Below are positions 45,740 to 55,700 of a stretch of DNA of 64,000 nucleotides, piece after piece. Under the pieces are notes generated by a model. That model had not been told where the DNA came from, ran no database searches, and was given only the letters and a program-made list of their open reading frames with translations. The stretch is from positions 216,485-280,484 of IMG/VR virus record IMGVR_UViG_3300028886_000031. One strand, 5' to 3'. The position numbers and the translations under genes are program-made. The first letter of the stretch is position 1. Each line of letters starts with the position of its first letter. This DNA is from a virus. Its lineage: Duplodnaviria; Heunggongvirae; Uroviricota; Caudoviricetes.

Positions 45740-46378
45740 ATGTATAAAATAACTTTACTTATCCTTTTTCCACTTATTCTATTTGGAAATGAATATTATC
45801 TTCCTACCAATAATCTAATTATTTTGAAACATAATACGTATACTATTGGCTATAATACCAATACACTTCAAGCAGCATGGGTGCAATATGTTTTAACATC
45901 AAATCAACTATGTTCTACAGTTAAATTCAAAAGAACTGATGATTTTAGACCGGATCCTTTATTAACAAACATAAATTGTTTTGTTGTAAAACCTTCTTAT
46001 TATAATAAAACTGGATATGATAAAGGACATTTATGTCCAGCACAAGATAGATCTTATAATAAAGAGGCGACATCAGAAACATTTTACATGTCCAATATGA
46101 GTCCACAACTTCCTGGATTTAACAGAGGGTCTTGGAAAAAATTAGAAGAATGGACTAGACAATATGCAATCACAAACGGAAATCCTGTTACAGTTGTAAC
46201 AGGACCAGTTTTTATGGAATATGAAATACATGATTTACATAAACACATTGAATTAAGAGATGGTCACAAGATATGTGTTCCAAATCAATATTTTAAAATA
46301 TTGTTAACAAAAGAATTGGTAAATGAAAGTGAATGTATTACAAACAAGATTATGTTTCTAATGGAGAATAAACAATGA
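45740..46378 (+). CDS. DNA/RNA non-specific endonuclease (NucA/EndoG beta-beta-alpha-Me family) with signal peptide
   Basis: YDKGHLCPAQD matches the (F/Y)DRGH(L/Q)xPA active-site motif. SNMSPQ resembles the SN(I/M)xPQ block. The N-terminus LLILFPLILFG is hydrophobic. Confidence 0.65.
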   Translation: MYKITLLILFPLILFGNEYYLPTNNLIILKHNTYTIGYNTNTLQAAWVQYVLTSNQLCSTVKFKRTDDFRPDPLLTNINCFVVKPSYYNKTGYDKGHLCPAQDRSYNKEATSETFYMSNMSPQLPGFNRGSWKKLEEWTRQYAITNGNPVTVVTGPVFMEYEIHDLHKHIELRDGHKICVPNQYFKILLTKELVNESECITNKIMFLMENKQ

Positions 46379-47082
46379 CAACATTGCCAATAACATTCAG
46401 TACGCATAACAGAACAGAATATGCAACAACATGTCTTAAAAAATTAATAGAAAATTTGAAATTTGATGGAGATATTTATCTTTATATATGTGACGATAGA
46501 TCCACAAAAGAACACATTAATTCATTAATAGAAACATTAAGAACATGTAATTTTTCAAATTATGAAATAATATCTTGTACAGAAGAACATTATGGTTATG
46601 GATATGTTTTAAATACAGCTTTAGATAAAGCATATTCTTATAGTGACGTAGCATTAACAATGGAAGATGATTGGCTTCTCCAAACTAAAACAGATTTTAA
46701 TATACCAGTTAATATGTTACTTAATAACAGTGATAAATATGCTGGAATTAGATTATGTGTAAAAGAAATAGATGGATTAATTCATAACAATTTACCAAAT
46801 AATTTTTTTATGTTTAAAAATGTTCCGAGATTATATTTTGCACATTATGTTTTTCAATGTATGCTAAGACATAAAAAAATATTTGAAAAAATAAGATTCC
46901 TAGAAAATACATTTCCACAACGTGCAGAGTTAGATTTAAAAGACAAATATAAAAAAATAGTTTTAAAACCTAAATTAAATCATTTATTAATGTTAAATTA
47001 TATTCTTCCCGATGGATCTCCTATATTTAAACATATAGGAAAAATTTCGACAATGCCAGGCAATAGAAATAATTATAGATAA
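46375..47082 (+). CDS. glycosyltransferase family 2-like
   Basis: PITFSTHNRTEY...LYICDDRSTKEH resembles the GT2 N-terminal pattern (xxIPxYN....DDGSTD). Confidence 0.45.
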   Translation: MTTLPITFSTHNRTEYATTCLKKLIENLKFDGDIYLYICDDRSTKEHINSLIETLRTCNFSNYEIISCTEEHYGYGYVLNTALDKAYSYSDVALTMEDDWLLQTKTDFNIPVNMLLNNSDKYAGIRLCVKEIDGLIHNNLPNNFFMFKNVPRLYFAHYVFQCMLRHKKIFEKIRFLENTFPQRAELDLKDKYKKIVLKPKLNHLLMLNYILPDGSPIFKHIGKISTMPGNRNNYR

Positions 47083-47101
47083 CAAATTAAAATTTGAACT
47101 T

Positions 47102-48778
47102 ATGAAAATAGCTGTAATTACTCATTTTAATTATAATTCTAATTATGGACAGAGATTACAAAATATATCTCTTGTTACATATCTTAAAAATATTTATCAA
47201 ACAGAAGATATATATACATTTGCATATGATATTCGCGGCTATAAATTAGAAAAAATAAGACATACGGATATAGAAGATAAATATCTAAAATTAATACAAT
47301 TAGATTTTAAAGATCCAAATACATTTATTAATTATGATTTATATGTATTTGGAAGTGATCAAGTTTTTGCATATGCGAAATGGATGTCACAAAATATTAA
47401 AGATATGTTTTATGGAAATTTATTTATAAGATATGGATTTAAACATTTTATATCATATTCATCATCTGCTAATTCACATTTAGATAATTATAAGAAATAT
47501 GTATGCAGTAATTTTAAATATATTTCATTTAGAGAAAAAAATGATGTATTAAAATATAATATTCCAAATAGTATTTATAATATAGATCCTGTATTTTTAC
47601 AGTCTAAAGAATTCTGGGAAAGTTTAGAAAAGAAACCGAATTTTATTAATGAAAATGAAATATTTGATTTTGAATATTCTATAGGAAGAAAAGATTTTGA
47701 GATTACAAAAAAAGATGGTATAAAATACATACATATTTATTTTAATAATTATATTAAATCTAATTGGGTTGGTTATGGTGAATTCCTTTGGTTGATACAT
47801 CATTGCAGAAAATTAATAACATCTAGTTTTCATGGTTTTGCATTTGGTATCATATATCAAAAACCATATATAGAATTTAAACATAATTATAGAATAGATG
47901 ATTTAATAGAAATTTTAAATATAAAATTTGATAATAATGTTATTAATTATGACGAAATACAAGAGAATATTAAAAAAGAACAAGAACGTTCAAAAGAATA
48001 CTTTTTGAAATCTTCTGTTTTTAATTATTGTTGTTACTCTAAAGATAAATATATACATGATAATTCTACATCTGGTGGAGTTTGCCCAGAATTGGCTAAA
48101 TATGTTTTTAATAACAATGGTATTGTTTATGCTGCTAGATATAATAATGATTTTACAAAAGTAATAATAGATTCTGTGGATAATTTGGAAGATTATTTTA
48201 AATATTTTGTTAAATCAAAATATAATTTTAGTTATATGCCTAAATTATCAATTATTAAAGAACAATTAGAAAATGGAAAATTAATTCTGTATATTGGTAG
48301 TCCATGTCAAATTCTAGCATTAAAAACATATCTTAAAAAAGATTATGATAATTTAATACTTGTAGATTTTGAATGCCGAGGTTTTTCTACATCTAAAAAA
48401 TTAGAAAATTTTACCAAAAATATAGAATCGAAATATGGATCTAAAATTAAAAATATTGATTTTAGACCAGATCATAGAGTTGATGGAGTATTAGTTGAAT
48501 TAAATGATGGTAGAACTATTAAATACAAAGTCTCTGTATTTAGAGACTTTGTATTTAGAAGTTTAGAAAAATGCCAAGAATGTAAATTTGATCATGGAAC
48601 AATATCTTATTCAGATATTACTGTAAGTGATTTTTGGTCTAATTCTAAAAATAAATGGAAGCTCGGCAAAGAATTTACACCAGAAAATGGATGTAATCAT
48701 GTAAGAACAAATACATTAAAAGGTTTTATTTTCTTTAATAAAATCAAAGATAAGATATTCTACAAACAATTAAAATAA
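47102..48778 (+). CDS. polysaccharide pyruvyl transferase-like protein (558 aa, two-domain)
   Basis: N-terminal MKIAVITHFNYNSNYGQRLQNISL resembles the PS_pyruv_trans N-terminus. The C-terminal half has a CxxGF/Cys-containing domain. Confidence 0.4.
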   Translation: MKIAVITHFNYNSNYGQRLQNISLVTYLKNIYQTEDIYTFAYDIRGYKLEKIRHTDIEDKYLKLIQLDFKDPNTFINYDLYVFGSDQVFAYAKWMSQNIKDMFYGNLFIRYGFKHFISYSSSANSHLDNYKKYVCSNFKYISFREKNDVLKYNIPNSIYNIDPVFLQSKEFWESLEKKPNFINENEIFDFEYSIGRKDFEITKKDGIKYIHIYFNNYIKSNWVGYGEFLWLIHHCRKLITSSFHGFAFGIIYQKPYIEFKHNYRIDDLIEILNIKFDNNVINYDEIQENIKKEQERSKEYFLKSSVFNYCCYSKDKYIHDNSTSGGVCPELAKYVFNNNGIVYAARYNNDFTKVIIDSVDNLEDYFKYFVKSKYNFSYMPKLSIIKEQLENGKLILYIGSPCQILALKTYLKKDYDNLILVDFECRGFSTSKKLENFTKNIESKYGSKIKNIDFRPDHRVDGVLVELNDGRTIKYKVSVFRDFVFRSLEKCQECKFDHGTISYSDITVSDFWSNSKNKWKLGKEFTPENGCNHVRTNTLKGFIFFNKIKDKIFYKQLK

Positions 48779-48846
48779 ACAAGATTTGCCATTAGTGATG
48801 GACATAATGAAAACGACTAAATCTAATTAAAATCAACTATGCTCCA

Positions 48847-50652
48847 CTATTGCATTTCATATAAACATTCTAATAATTTATCATTATTATCTTTAGAATT
48901 TATTGCTAATCTTATAAACTCGGAATTAGAAAAACCTTTTTTATGAGAACAATCTTTTATAAGAAATGATTTTTTCCATAATCTTTTTAATAATGATTTT
49001 ACATTAAAAGGTTTATTTACTCTACATAAAACATAATTTCCTTCTGATGGGAAAACAGTTAAGAACTTAATTTTAGAAAGTTCATTAATAAACCTATAGC
49101 GTTCATATATAAGTTTTTTACAACTTATTTTATATTCACTATCATATCTATCTAAAATTTGAAGGAAAAATTCACCTATAGAATTAATATTCCATATAGA
49201 AAGATGTTTTTTTATTGTGGATATTATCTCTTTATTACCGCTTGCTATAAATCCTAATCGTACTCCTGGGATACCATAACTCTTAGATATAGATTTTATA
49301 ATACTGACGTGTTTATTAGCATACAAAAAAACATTATTTAATAATGTATAATTATCAATAGCAAAATCCATAAAAGATTCATCTATTAAAATAGATATAT
49401 TATTATTTTTAGCCCATATTACAAGTTTAAAAATATCTTTTTTAGATATAAAATTTCCAGATGGATTATCTGGATTTATTAGAATAATAGAAGATAATGA
49501 CTTATTATTAAAATATTGTATAATATCATCTACTGTATATCTAAATCCATTAGATTGTGGGGCGTTAAATACAATTTTACGATCGTCACTAATTCTGTTA
49601 GAATATTCTTCAAATGTAGGATATATAAAGCCAACTTTACCTTTGCTATTATTCATCCATATATTAATTATTTCAGATGCGCCATTTCCAACAGCAACAA
49701 ATTCATTTTTTAAATTAAAAATTTTAGATACTAATAAAGAGTTAATGTTTTGACCAGATGGATATTTTCTAATAAGATCATCTAGAGAATTTTTAACTTC
49801 CAAAATCATTTTCTCTGATGGATAATATGGATTAACGAGATACGTATAATCTTTAATATTTGGATATCTCCAATAGCCACCATAACGTTCTGATATTTTT
49901 TTAATTTGTGTATCTGGTTTACAAAATATAGATTCCGCAATATTTAAGTCTTGTATATCATCGATTTCATACCATTTCTCATCATTTAATGGCAATGCTT
50001 TAATTAACTTTTTATCTATAGACGTAATTATTTTTAAAACTTGTTCATAATATTCATTATTACTAATAGACTTAATATATACATCTAAAAATGGTACAAG
50101 ATTATTTTTAGAAAATTCTTTAGAAAATTTATATATATTTACAGTTTTATAATAAGAATCTAAATAATTATAATCAAATTTTGTTTTATCTATAAAATTT
50201 ATAATATTATAATCGTTATCCATTTGAATACAAGTACCATCCATCCAGTTCTGATACTTATCTACAACGGCAACATTTTCATATTTAGATTGAATAAGAT
50301 TTGTAATTATACTATCTTGAAAAATAATATCACTTTCCAATAAAATTGTATCATCTTTAATTAATTCATCAGAAGCTATTTTTAAGGAATATATATTATT
50401 TGTTTTGTGATAATCTAAATTTGAAATATATTGTATTGGAATATTGTTCCATTTATTACCTAGATATTTTTCAAGATTTTCTTTTTTATATCCATCTACT
50501 ATTATTATCTTATCTAGGTTAATTTTGGACAATTGATTTAGCATTCTATCTATTAATCTAACGCCATTAATTTTTACCATACATTTTGTATTATTTTTGG
50601 TAAAATTCTTTAAGCGTTTTCCCATTCCAGCTGCTAATATTAATGCTTGCAT
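48847..50652 (-). CDS. bifunctional sugar-phosphate nucleotidyltransferase / class I-II PLP aminotransferase-fold fusion
   Basis: N-terminal MQALILAAGMGKRL is the nucleotidyltransferase signature. C-terminal AVGNGASEIINIW...KSISKSYGIPGVRLGF is aminotransferase/CobD-like. Confidence 0.5.
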   Translation of the reverse strand: MQALILAAGMGKRLKNFTKNNTKCMVKINGVRLIDRMLNQLSKINLDKIIIVDGYKKENLEKYLGNKWNNIPIQYISNLDYHKTNNIYSLKIASDELIKDDTILLESDIIFQDSIITNLIQSKYENVAVVDKYQNWMDGTCIQMDNDYNIINFIDKTKFDYNYLDSYYKTVNIYKFSKEFSKNNLVPFLDVYIKSISNNEYYEQVLKIITSIDKKLIKALPLNDEKWYEIDDIQDLNIAESIFCKPDTQIKKISERYGGYWRYPNIKDYTYLVNPYYPSEKMILEVKNSLDDLIRKYPSGQNINSLLVSKIFNLKNEFVAVGNGASEIINIWMNNSKGKVGFIYPTFEEYSNRISDDRKIVFNAPQSNGFRYTVDDIIQYFNNKSLSSIILINPDNPSGNFISKKDIFKLVIWAKNNNISILIDESFMDFAIDNYTLLNNVFLYANKHVSIIKSISKSYGIPGVRLGFIASGNKEIISTIKKHLSIWNINSIGEFFLQILDRYDSEYKISCKKLIYERYRFINELSKIKFLTVFPSEGNYVLCRVNKPFNVKSLLKRLWKKSFLIKDCSHKKGFSNSEFIRLAINSKDNNDKLLECLYEMQ

Positions 50653-50697
50653 TTATATCACCTGTATATATTTCTGATGATTTAGCCCATGAAATAT

Positions 50698-51846
50698 TTA
50701 TATTATATAATCTTTATATTCTTCTTGACCCAATATCAAATTAATAATATTATCTGTTGGAGTTTTTCCATTTGGATATTTTTTACAGTATTTTTCTATG
50801 TGTTCTTTTCTAATATCACGCTTTATATCATTTCCATCTATAACATTTTGAACGAATGTTCTTAAACTATCGTTCGGACCACATAATTCATGACTGTTAA
50901 TAGCATCTTTGCATATTTCTGTATGATTAGTTTTTAAGATATTCATAGACAAATCATTTGTCATATAACAAACTGGTTTATCCATATAAAGATATTCACA
51001 TTTAAATGATCCACAATCATGAATCATTGCATCTGAATATCTGAAATATGGAACATAATTTTCGGAACAATCTATAGTGAATAATTCAGCTAAATAATCT
51101 AACTTATTAAATATATCTTTTACAATATTCATTGGCAAAAATTTATATATTCTATTTGTTAGTCTACACCAACTATAATATAATAAAGGATGTGGTCTTA
51201 TTATAAAATCAACTTCTGAGTTAAATTCTTTTAATGAACAAATATCTTTATATCTGTTTAAAAAGTCACTCTTGTCGACTTTGTTACTACGGCCTAATGT
51301 CCAATGAGGACAAATCAATATACGCTTTTTTGTACTTGGTTCTAGTGCATATTCATCTTTCCAAGGATCTTCAAGATGTTCTTTGGGAATATTAAGGACT
51401 TCTTCGAAAGGATTTCCTGTTTCTACTATATGATTAGGTTTTTGATTATAATCTCCTTTTCTACATATACCAATTAAACAATCCTTAAACATCTTATAGT
51501 AAGAGCTATCTGTATCAAAAGCATATGGAACAAATAGAAATTTTCTATTCTTAAGAATAGTATTCATTGTAGAAATATCACAATATCTTTCTTTATGAGG
51601 ATCCGATGGAATTATCAAATCAAAATCATTATAATTATCTATTGTAATATCATATATAGATTTTGTTTCTATAACATTAAAACGCTTATGTTTCTTTAAC
51701 TTTTCAACTAATGGCTCAATTTTAGATTTGAGTTTATCATAAACAAATTGTGTTCCATCTACCTTCGTATTTCCTTTATATCTAATTACACAAACATTGA
51801 TTTTATCTTTAGAACGAATATTGTCTAATATTTCAGATCTTGTCAT
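50698..51846 (-). CDS. CDP-alcohol/glycerophosphotransferase-like (TagB/TagF family?) protein
   Basis: ILICPHWTLG resembles the IL(Y/F)APTWR motif of Glyphos_transf. The start was moved to the internal Met MTRSEILD, which has RBS TGAGGTA 8 nt upstream and avoids an 83-nt overlap. Confidence 0.4.
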   Translation of the reverse strand: MTRSEILDNIRSKDKINVCVIRYKGNTKVDGTQFVYDKLKSKIEPLVEKLKKHKRFNVIETKSIYDITIDNYNDFDLIIPSDPHKERYCDISTMNTILKNRKFLFVPYAFDTDSSYYKMFKDCLIGICRKGDYNQKPNHIVETGNPFEEVLNIPKEHLEDPWKDEYALEPSTKKRILICPHWTLGRSNKVDKSDFLNRYKDICSLKEFNSEVDFIIRPHPLLYYSWCRLTNRIYKFLPMNIVKDIFNKLDYLAELFTIDCSENYVPYFRYSDAMIHDCGSFKCEYLYMDKPVCYMTNDLSMNILKTNHTEICKDAINSHELCGPNDSLRTFVQNVIDGNDIKRDIRKEHIEKYCKKYPNGKTPTDNIINLILGQEEYKDYII

Positions 51847-51862
51847 TTTAAGTACCTCATTT

Positions 51863-52681
51863 TTAACATCTATTAAAGAGTTTATTACATAAATTATGTA
51901 ATTCGTTATGAACATCTGATCCATTGCCAAATATTTCATGTTCAAAATTTTGAATTAATAATGGCTGTATATATTTTATTGTTTGTTTATTAATAATTTT
52001 AACAATGGCAGTTCTTCCATCTATTTTTCCTACATATTTAACTGGTATTCCCATAGCAATACAAGGTAAATATATATGCAATCTAGATGTATATACAATC
52101 TTAGCATTCTCTTTGAGATATTTCAAACGATTATATGCTACACTTTCCATTTCTAATTCTGTTCTATTATGGTGATGAACTAATTGAGTTAAAGAAACAG
52201 AATTTTTTTCTGAATGTGATTTTACAAAATTATTTCCACAATCAATAAAAATAATCTTATCATTTTTCTGATTGATATTTGAAAAATCTAATAAATTAGC
52301 CATTAATGATGGACATAATGAAACATACGAATTCGGACATTGATCCTTAAATAATTCATACGTTTTAAAGTCTCGACAACCAAATCTTTTATTAGTTCTA
52401 AGATCTTTTATTTTATTAGAGCAATGAAATCCTATATAATTATATACATCTTTCTTATTATTCCAAAATTTTGTATTTGAAGTTTCTACAGTTGAAAAAA
52501 ATCCACTCATAATCATTACATCGTTGTCTTTAAAATCAAAACGATCTATTTTATCTCTTCTTACATAATTAGAGTCTATATTATGTTTTTTTATAAAATT
52601 ACGAAGGCATAATATATAAATGAAATCACCTAAATTATGATGACGATACCTGTAATTAGTACATGAAATTGTATATATCAT
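51863..52681 (-). CDS. polysaccharide pyruvyl transferase-like protein
   Basis: YTSRLHIYLPCIAMGIPVKYVG resembles the PS_pyruv_trans C-terminal block (TSRLHAaI.Al..G.P). Confidence 0.4.
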   Translation of the reverse strand: MIYTISCTNYRYRHHNLGDFIYILCLRNFIKKHNIDSNYVRRDKIDRFDFKDNDVMIMSGFFSTVETSNTKFWNNKKDVYNYIGFHCSNKIKDLRTNKRFGCRDFKTYELFKDQCPNSYVSLCPSLMANLLDFSNINQKNDKIIFIDCGNNFVKSHSEKNSVSLTQLVHHHNRTELEMESVAYNRLKYLKENAKIVYTSRLHIYLPCIAMGIPVKYVGKIDGRTAIVKIINKQTIKYIQPLLIQNFEHEIFGNGSDVHNELHNLCNKLFNRC

Positions 52682-52995
52682 AAATCGATCTTCTTAATTA
52701 ATTCACAAAGTCTGTTGTAAACATTATCTTCTTTATATCTCAGACATTCGTTATTGTTATATTTAATACTCAATACACATTGTTTATCATGTTCATTTAA
52801 TGTACATTCTCTAGGTTTTCCGTTTACAACCTCATAACAATGTGGATCATCACATAACAAACTTCTCAAGTGTGCTTGGTTGTTTCCACACAAACCATAC
52901 ACATCTCCTAATCCAATCCACTTTAGAACTTGTCTAATTTCTTTGAGAAGTTCTACATCTTTTTTATTAAAACTTTTCTTTTTAAACCAAAACAT
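52678..52995 (-). CDS. hypothetical Cys-containing protein (105 aa)
   Basis: ORF track. Confidence 0.45.
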   Translation of the reverse strand: MFWFKKKSFNKKDVELLKEIRQVLKWIGLGDVYGLCGNNQAHLRSLLCDDPHCYEVVNGKPRECTLNEHDKQCVLSIKYNNNECLRYKEDNVYNRLCELIKKIDL

Positions 52996-53033
52996 ATTAA
53001 ACTCCTTTTTTTTATTTTTTTTAAAAAGAAAAA

Positions 53034-53339
53034 TTAGAAATCCATACTAATACCAACAACTACGGACGGCTTTTCTTTATAACATTGATTATCAGTTACA
53101 TTAGAACTTGTTTCATCCCACCATTTTTCCTTTTCTGGTTTATTTAAGTCTACAACTTTAACAAATGGTTTAATTTTTAAATCTTTATACCAATCTATAG
53201 CCTTTTTTAATACATTCTTTTCTTTTTTCTCTTTTTTAACAGGTTCTTTAACTAAAGTGAAAATAGTTGTTCCATCAGAATGCTCTGTGATTTTAACACC
53301 ATCTTTTATGGTTTCTTTAATTATCTTTTTCTCTTCCAT
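53034..53339 (-). CDS. hypothetical Lys-rich protein (start moved to the internal MEEKKIIKE)
   Basis: The track ORF extends to 53546 and would overlap tRNA-Gln on the other strand. The internal Met avoids this. Confidence 0.4.
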   Translation of the reverse strand: MEEKKIIKETIKDGVKITEHSDGTTIFTLVKEPVKKEKKEKNVLKKAIDWYKDLKIKPFVKVVDLNKPEKEKWWDETSSNVTDNQCYKEKPSVVVGISMDF

Positions 53340-53475
53340 ATAAATTATGTATTTTATATTTTTTCGATCTAAACTTTTTTGACTTATCATTGAATTTACA
53401 TAATAAATAAAAATATTAAAAGACTTTAAAACATATATAGAGATTATATATATTAATAAATGTTGAATAACAGAT

Positions 53476-53549
53476 TGTCCAGTGATGTAATGGCAGCATA
53501 GGGGTTTTTGATACCCTTCGAGACCGTTCAAATCGGTCCTGGACAACCA
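53476..53549 (+). tRNA. tRNA-Gln (anticodon UUG), CCA encoded
   Basis: Acceptor TGTCCAG/CTGGACA. Anticodon arm GGGGT-TTTTGAT-ACCCT. T-arm GACCG-TTCAAAT-CGGTC. Confidence 0.75.
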
Positions 53550-53696
53550 TTTTTCAAAGGTTATTTACATTTGGATGAGAAAACAAGTTTAACATGTTTT
53601 TGACCCAGCATTGTTAACTCTAATCTAATGAGTTAGATTAGATTTCTCAAAATGGGTCTCTATTTTTTGTCGAAAAATTAATGAAAGGATAATCAC

Positions 53697-54308
53697 ATGA
53701 AAGCTAAAGATTCATTTATAGAGATATTGAAAAAAGTAGATCGTTTTGCTATAAATACAGTAATAGAAAATTTAACAAATGGAGGTTTCTTTGAAGCACC
53801 AGCATCAACAAAATATCATGGTGACTACCCAGGAGGTCTCGTTGAACATTCTTTAAATGTATATGAACAAGCTATGTATCTGTGGAAAGTAGAACAGAAA
53901 GTTAGAAAAGATGTTGTTAAAGATATAACAGAAGAGAACATTATTGTAGCATCATTGCTACATGATGTTTGCAAAATGGATCTTTATCATCTTACAAAGA
54001 AGTGGAAAAAGGATGAAAACAATAAATGGATTCAATATGATGCCTATGAAAAGAAATATGAGGAAATGCCTGTTGGACATGGAGAAAAAAGTGTCATTAG
54101 GTTATTGTCTTGGGGTCTCACATTAATGGAACAAGAAATATTGGCAATTAGATGGCACATGGGAGGATTTGATTTATCGGACTATCAAGACGCTAGAAGA
54201 TGTTTTGAGACAGCTGCAGATAAATATGCTTTAGTTCCAATTATTGTCTCTGCTGATTGGTTAGCAAGTAGAATTAAAGAAAGAGACGACAAAAAAGAAG
54301 GAGAATAA
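53697..54308 (+). CDS. HD-domain phosphohydrolase (YfbR-like)
   Basis: GGLVEHSLNV and ASLLHDVCKMD are the H...HD motifs of the HD superfamily. Confidence 0.55.
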   Translation: MKAKDSFIEILKKVDRFAINTVIENLTNGGFFEAPASTKYHGDYPGGLVEHSLNVYEQAMYLWKVEQKVRKDVVKDITEENIIVASLLHDVCKMDLYHLTKKWKKDENNKWIQYDAYEKKYEEMPVGHGEKSVIRLLSWGLTLMEQEILAIRWHMGGFDLSDYQDARRCFETAADKYALVPIIVSADWLASRIKERDDKKEGE

Positions 54309-54310
54309 CA

Positions 54311-54643
54311 ATGGAAAAGTTCACTTATAAAACACAATATGGTGATTATGAAAATTGTTTCTTTCGAGTTGGTAAATATCCAAATGGCAATATAGCAATC
54401 TCTATCATTAGTGAAAATGATGGTCCAATTACACATTGTACAACAAATACAGGAATGAAACTTTCTGATGATAGAATTGCTGTTAAATATTGGTCAGAAA
54501 ATGAAGGAATGGAAGAATTTCTAATCCAAATGGGAATTATAGAACCAGACCCATGTGATATAGATATAAACTCTCCAATGACTCCAGATATATATAAACT
54601 CACAGAAAAAGGCATAAATCTAATTAAAGAACAACTTAGTTGA
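54311..54643 (+). CDS. hypothetical protein (110 aa)
   Basis: ORF track. It lies between the HD and NMNAT genes. Confidence 0.5.
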   Translation: MEKFTYKTQYGDYENCFFRVGKYPNGNIAISIISENDGPITHCTTNTGMKLSDDRIAVKYWSENEGMEEFLIQMGIIEPDPCDIDINSPMTPDIYKLTEKGINLIKEQLS

Positions 54644-54695
54644 ATAAATGTTCAATAACATTTCAAGTATTTCGTTAACTTGTTAGGAGAAAGAA

Positions 54696-55655
54696 ATGGA
54701 AAACAACAAAGAAAAGATTGCCGTGATAGTCGGCAGATTCCAAGTAGCTGAACTTACTCAAGGTCACTTGGATTTATTTAGAAAAGTTATAGATGATGAC
54801 TATGGAAGTATACTTCTTGTCCTAGGTTTATCACCTACAAAATGTACACAAAGAAATCCATTAGATTTCGAATCTCGTAGATTAATGTTCGAGGAAGAAT
54901 TTCCTGGGAAACTTACTATACAATATCTAAGAGATGAAGCTAGTGATTCTGTATGGTCTGTTAATTTAGATCGTATAATAGATGATATACGCGGAAATAG
55001 AGATGTTGTTCTTATAGGAAGTAGAGATTGTTTCTATGATTGCTATGATGGATGTTATAAAAATAATTTTATAGAATATGTTCCTAAAGTATATACAAGT
55101 GGAAGTGAACAGAGAAAATCACTTTCAAGACAGATTAAATCCAATAAGTATTGGAGAGCTGGTTGTATTTATGCCACAATGAACCAGTATCCATCAGTAT
55201 ATGCTACAGTAGATTGTGCTATATTTAACGATATGTCTCTAGATAAAATTTATTTAGCTAGAAAGGAAAATGAATATTCATATAGATTTGTAGGTGGATT
55301 TAGTTCTCCCACGGATTCTAGTTTTGAAGCAGCAGCTAGAAGAGAGGCAGCAGAGGAAACAAAACTAGAGACTACAATCATTCAATATATTGGAAGTCGT
55401 AAAATAGATGATTGGCGTTATAGATCAGAGACTAATAAAATTATTACCAATTTCTATGCTATGGTAAAGAATTGGGGTAGAGCACAACCTAGTGATGATA
55501 TTAAGGAATTATATCTCGTAGATTTTAATACATTGAGTGAGAATGATATTATGCCAGAGCATAGAGAGTTATTTAATATGCTCTGCAATTGGAGAACCGC
55601 ATATATACTTAAAAATCCAAGTATAAAAGATGCAGTTATTAAACAACTCGATTAA
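54696..55655 (+). CDS. natV: bifunctional NMN adenylyltransferase / Nudix hydrolase (NadM-Nudix, NatV-type)
   Basis: N-terminal IAVIVGRFQVAELTQGH is the archaeal-type NMNAT motif. The C-terminal Nudix box is GGFSSPTDSSFEAAARREAAEETKLE. Confidence 0.7.
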   Translation: MENNKEKIAVIVGRFQVAELTQGHLDLFRKVIDDDYGSILLVLGLSPTKCTQRNPLDFESRRLMFEEEFPGKLTIQYLRDEASDSVWSVNLDRIIDDIRGNRDVVLIGSRDCFYDCYDGCYKNNFIEYVPKVYTSGSEQRKSLSRQIKSNKYWRAGCIYATMNQYPSVYATVDCAIFNDMSLDKIYLARKENEYSYRFVGGFSSPTDSSFEAAARREAAEETKLETTIIQYIGSRKIDDWRYRSETNKIITNFYAMVKNWGRAQPSDDIKELYLVDFNTLSENDIMPEHRELFNMLCNWRTAYILKNPSIKDAVIKQLD

Positions 55656-55700
55656 GTATCTTGTTAAGGTTAATTCGTTACAAAGACAAGGAGAAAAACA

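Noticed and set aside
53340-53546. N-terminal extension of minus-strand ORF 53034-53546
   Set aside because: The extension would overlap tRNA-Gln on the plus strand. An internal Met start removes the conflict.
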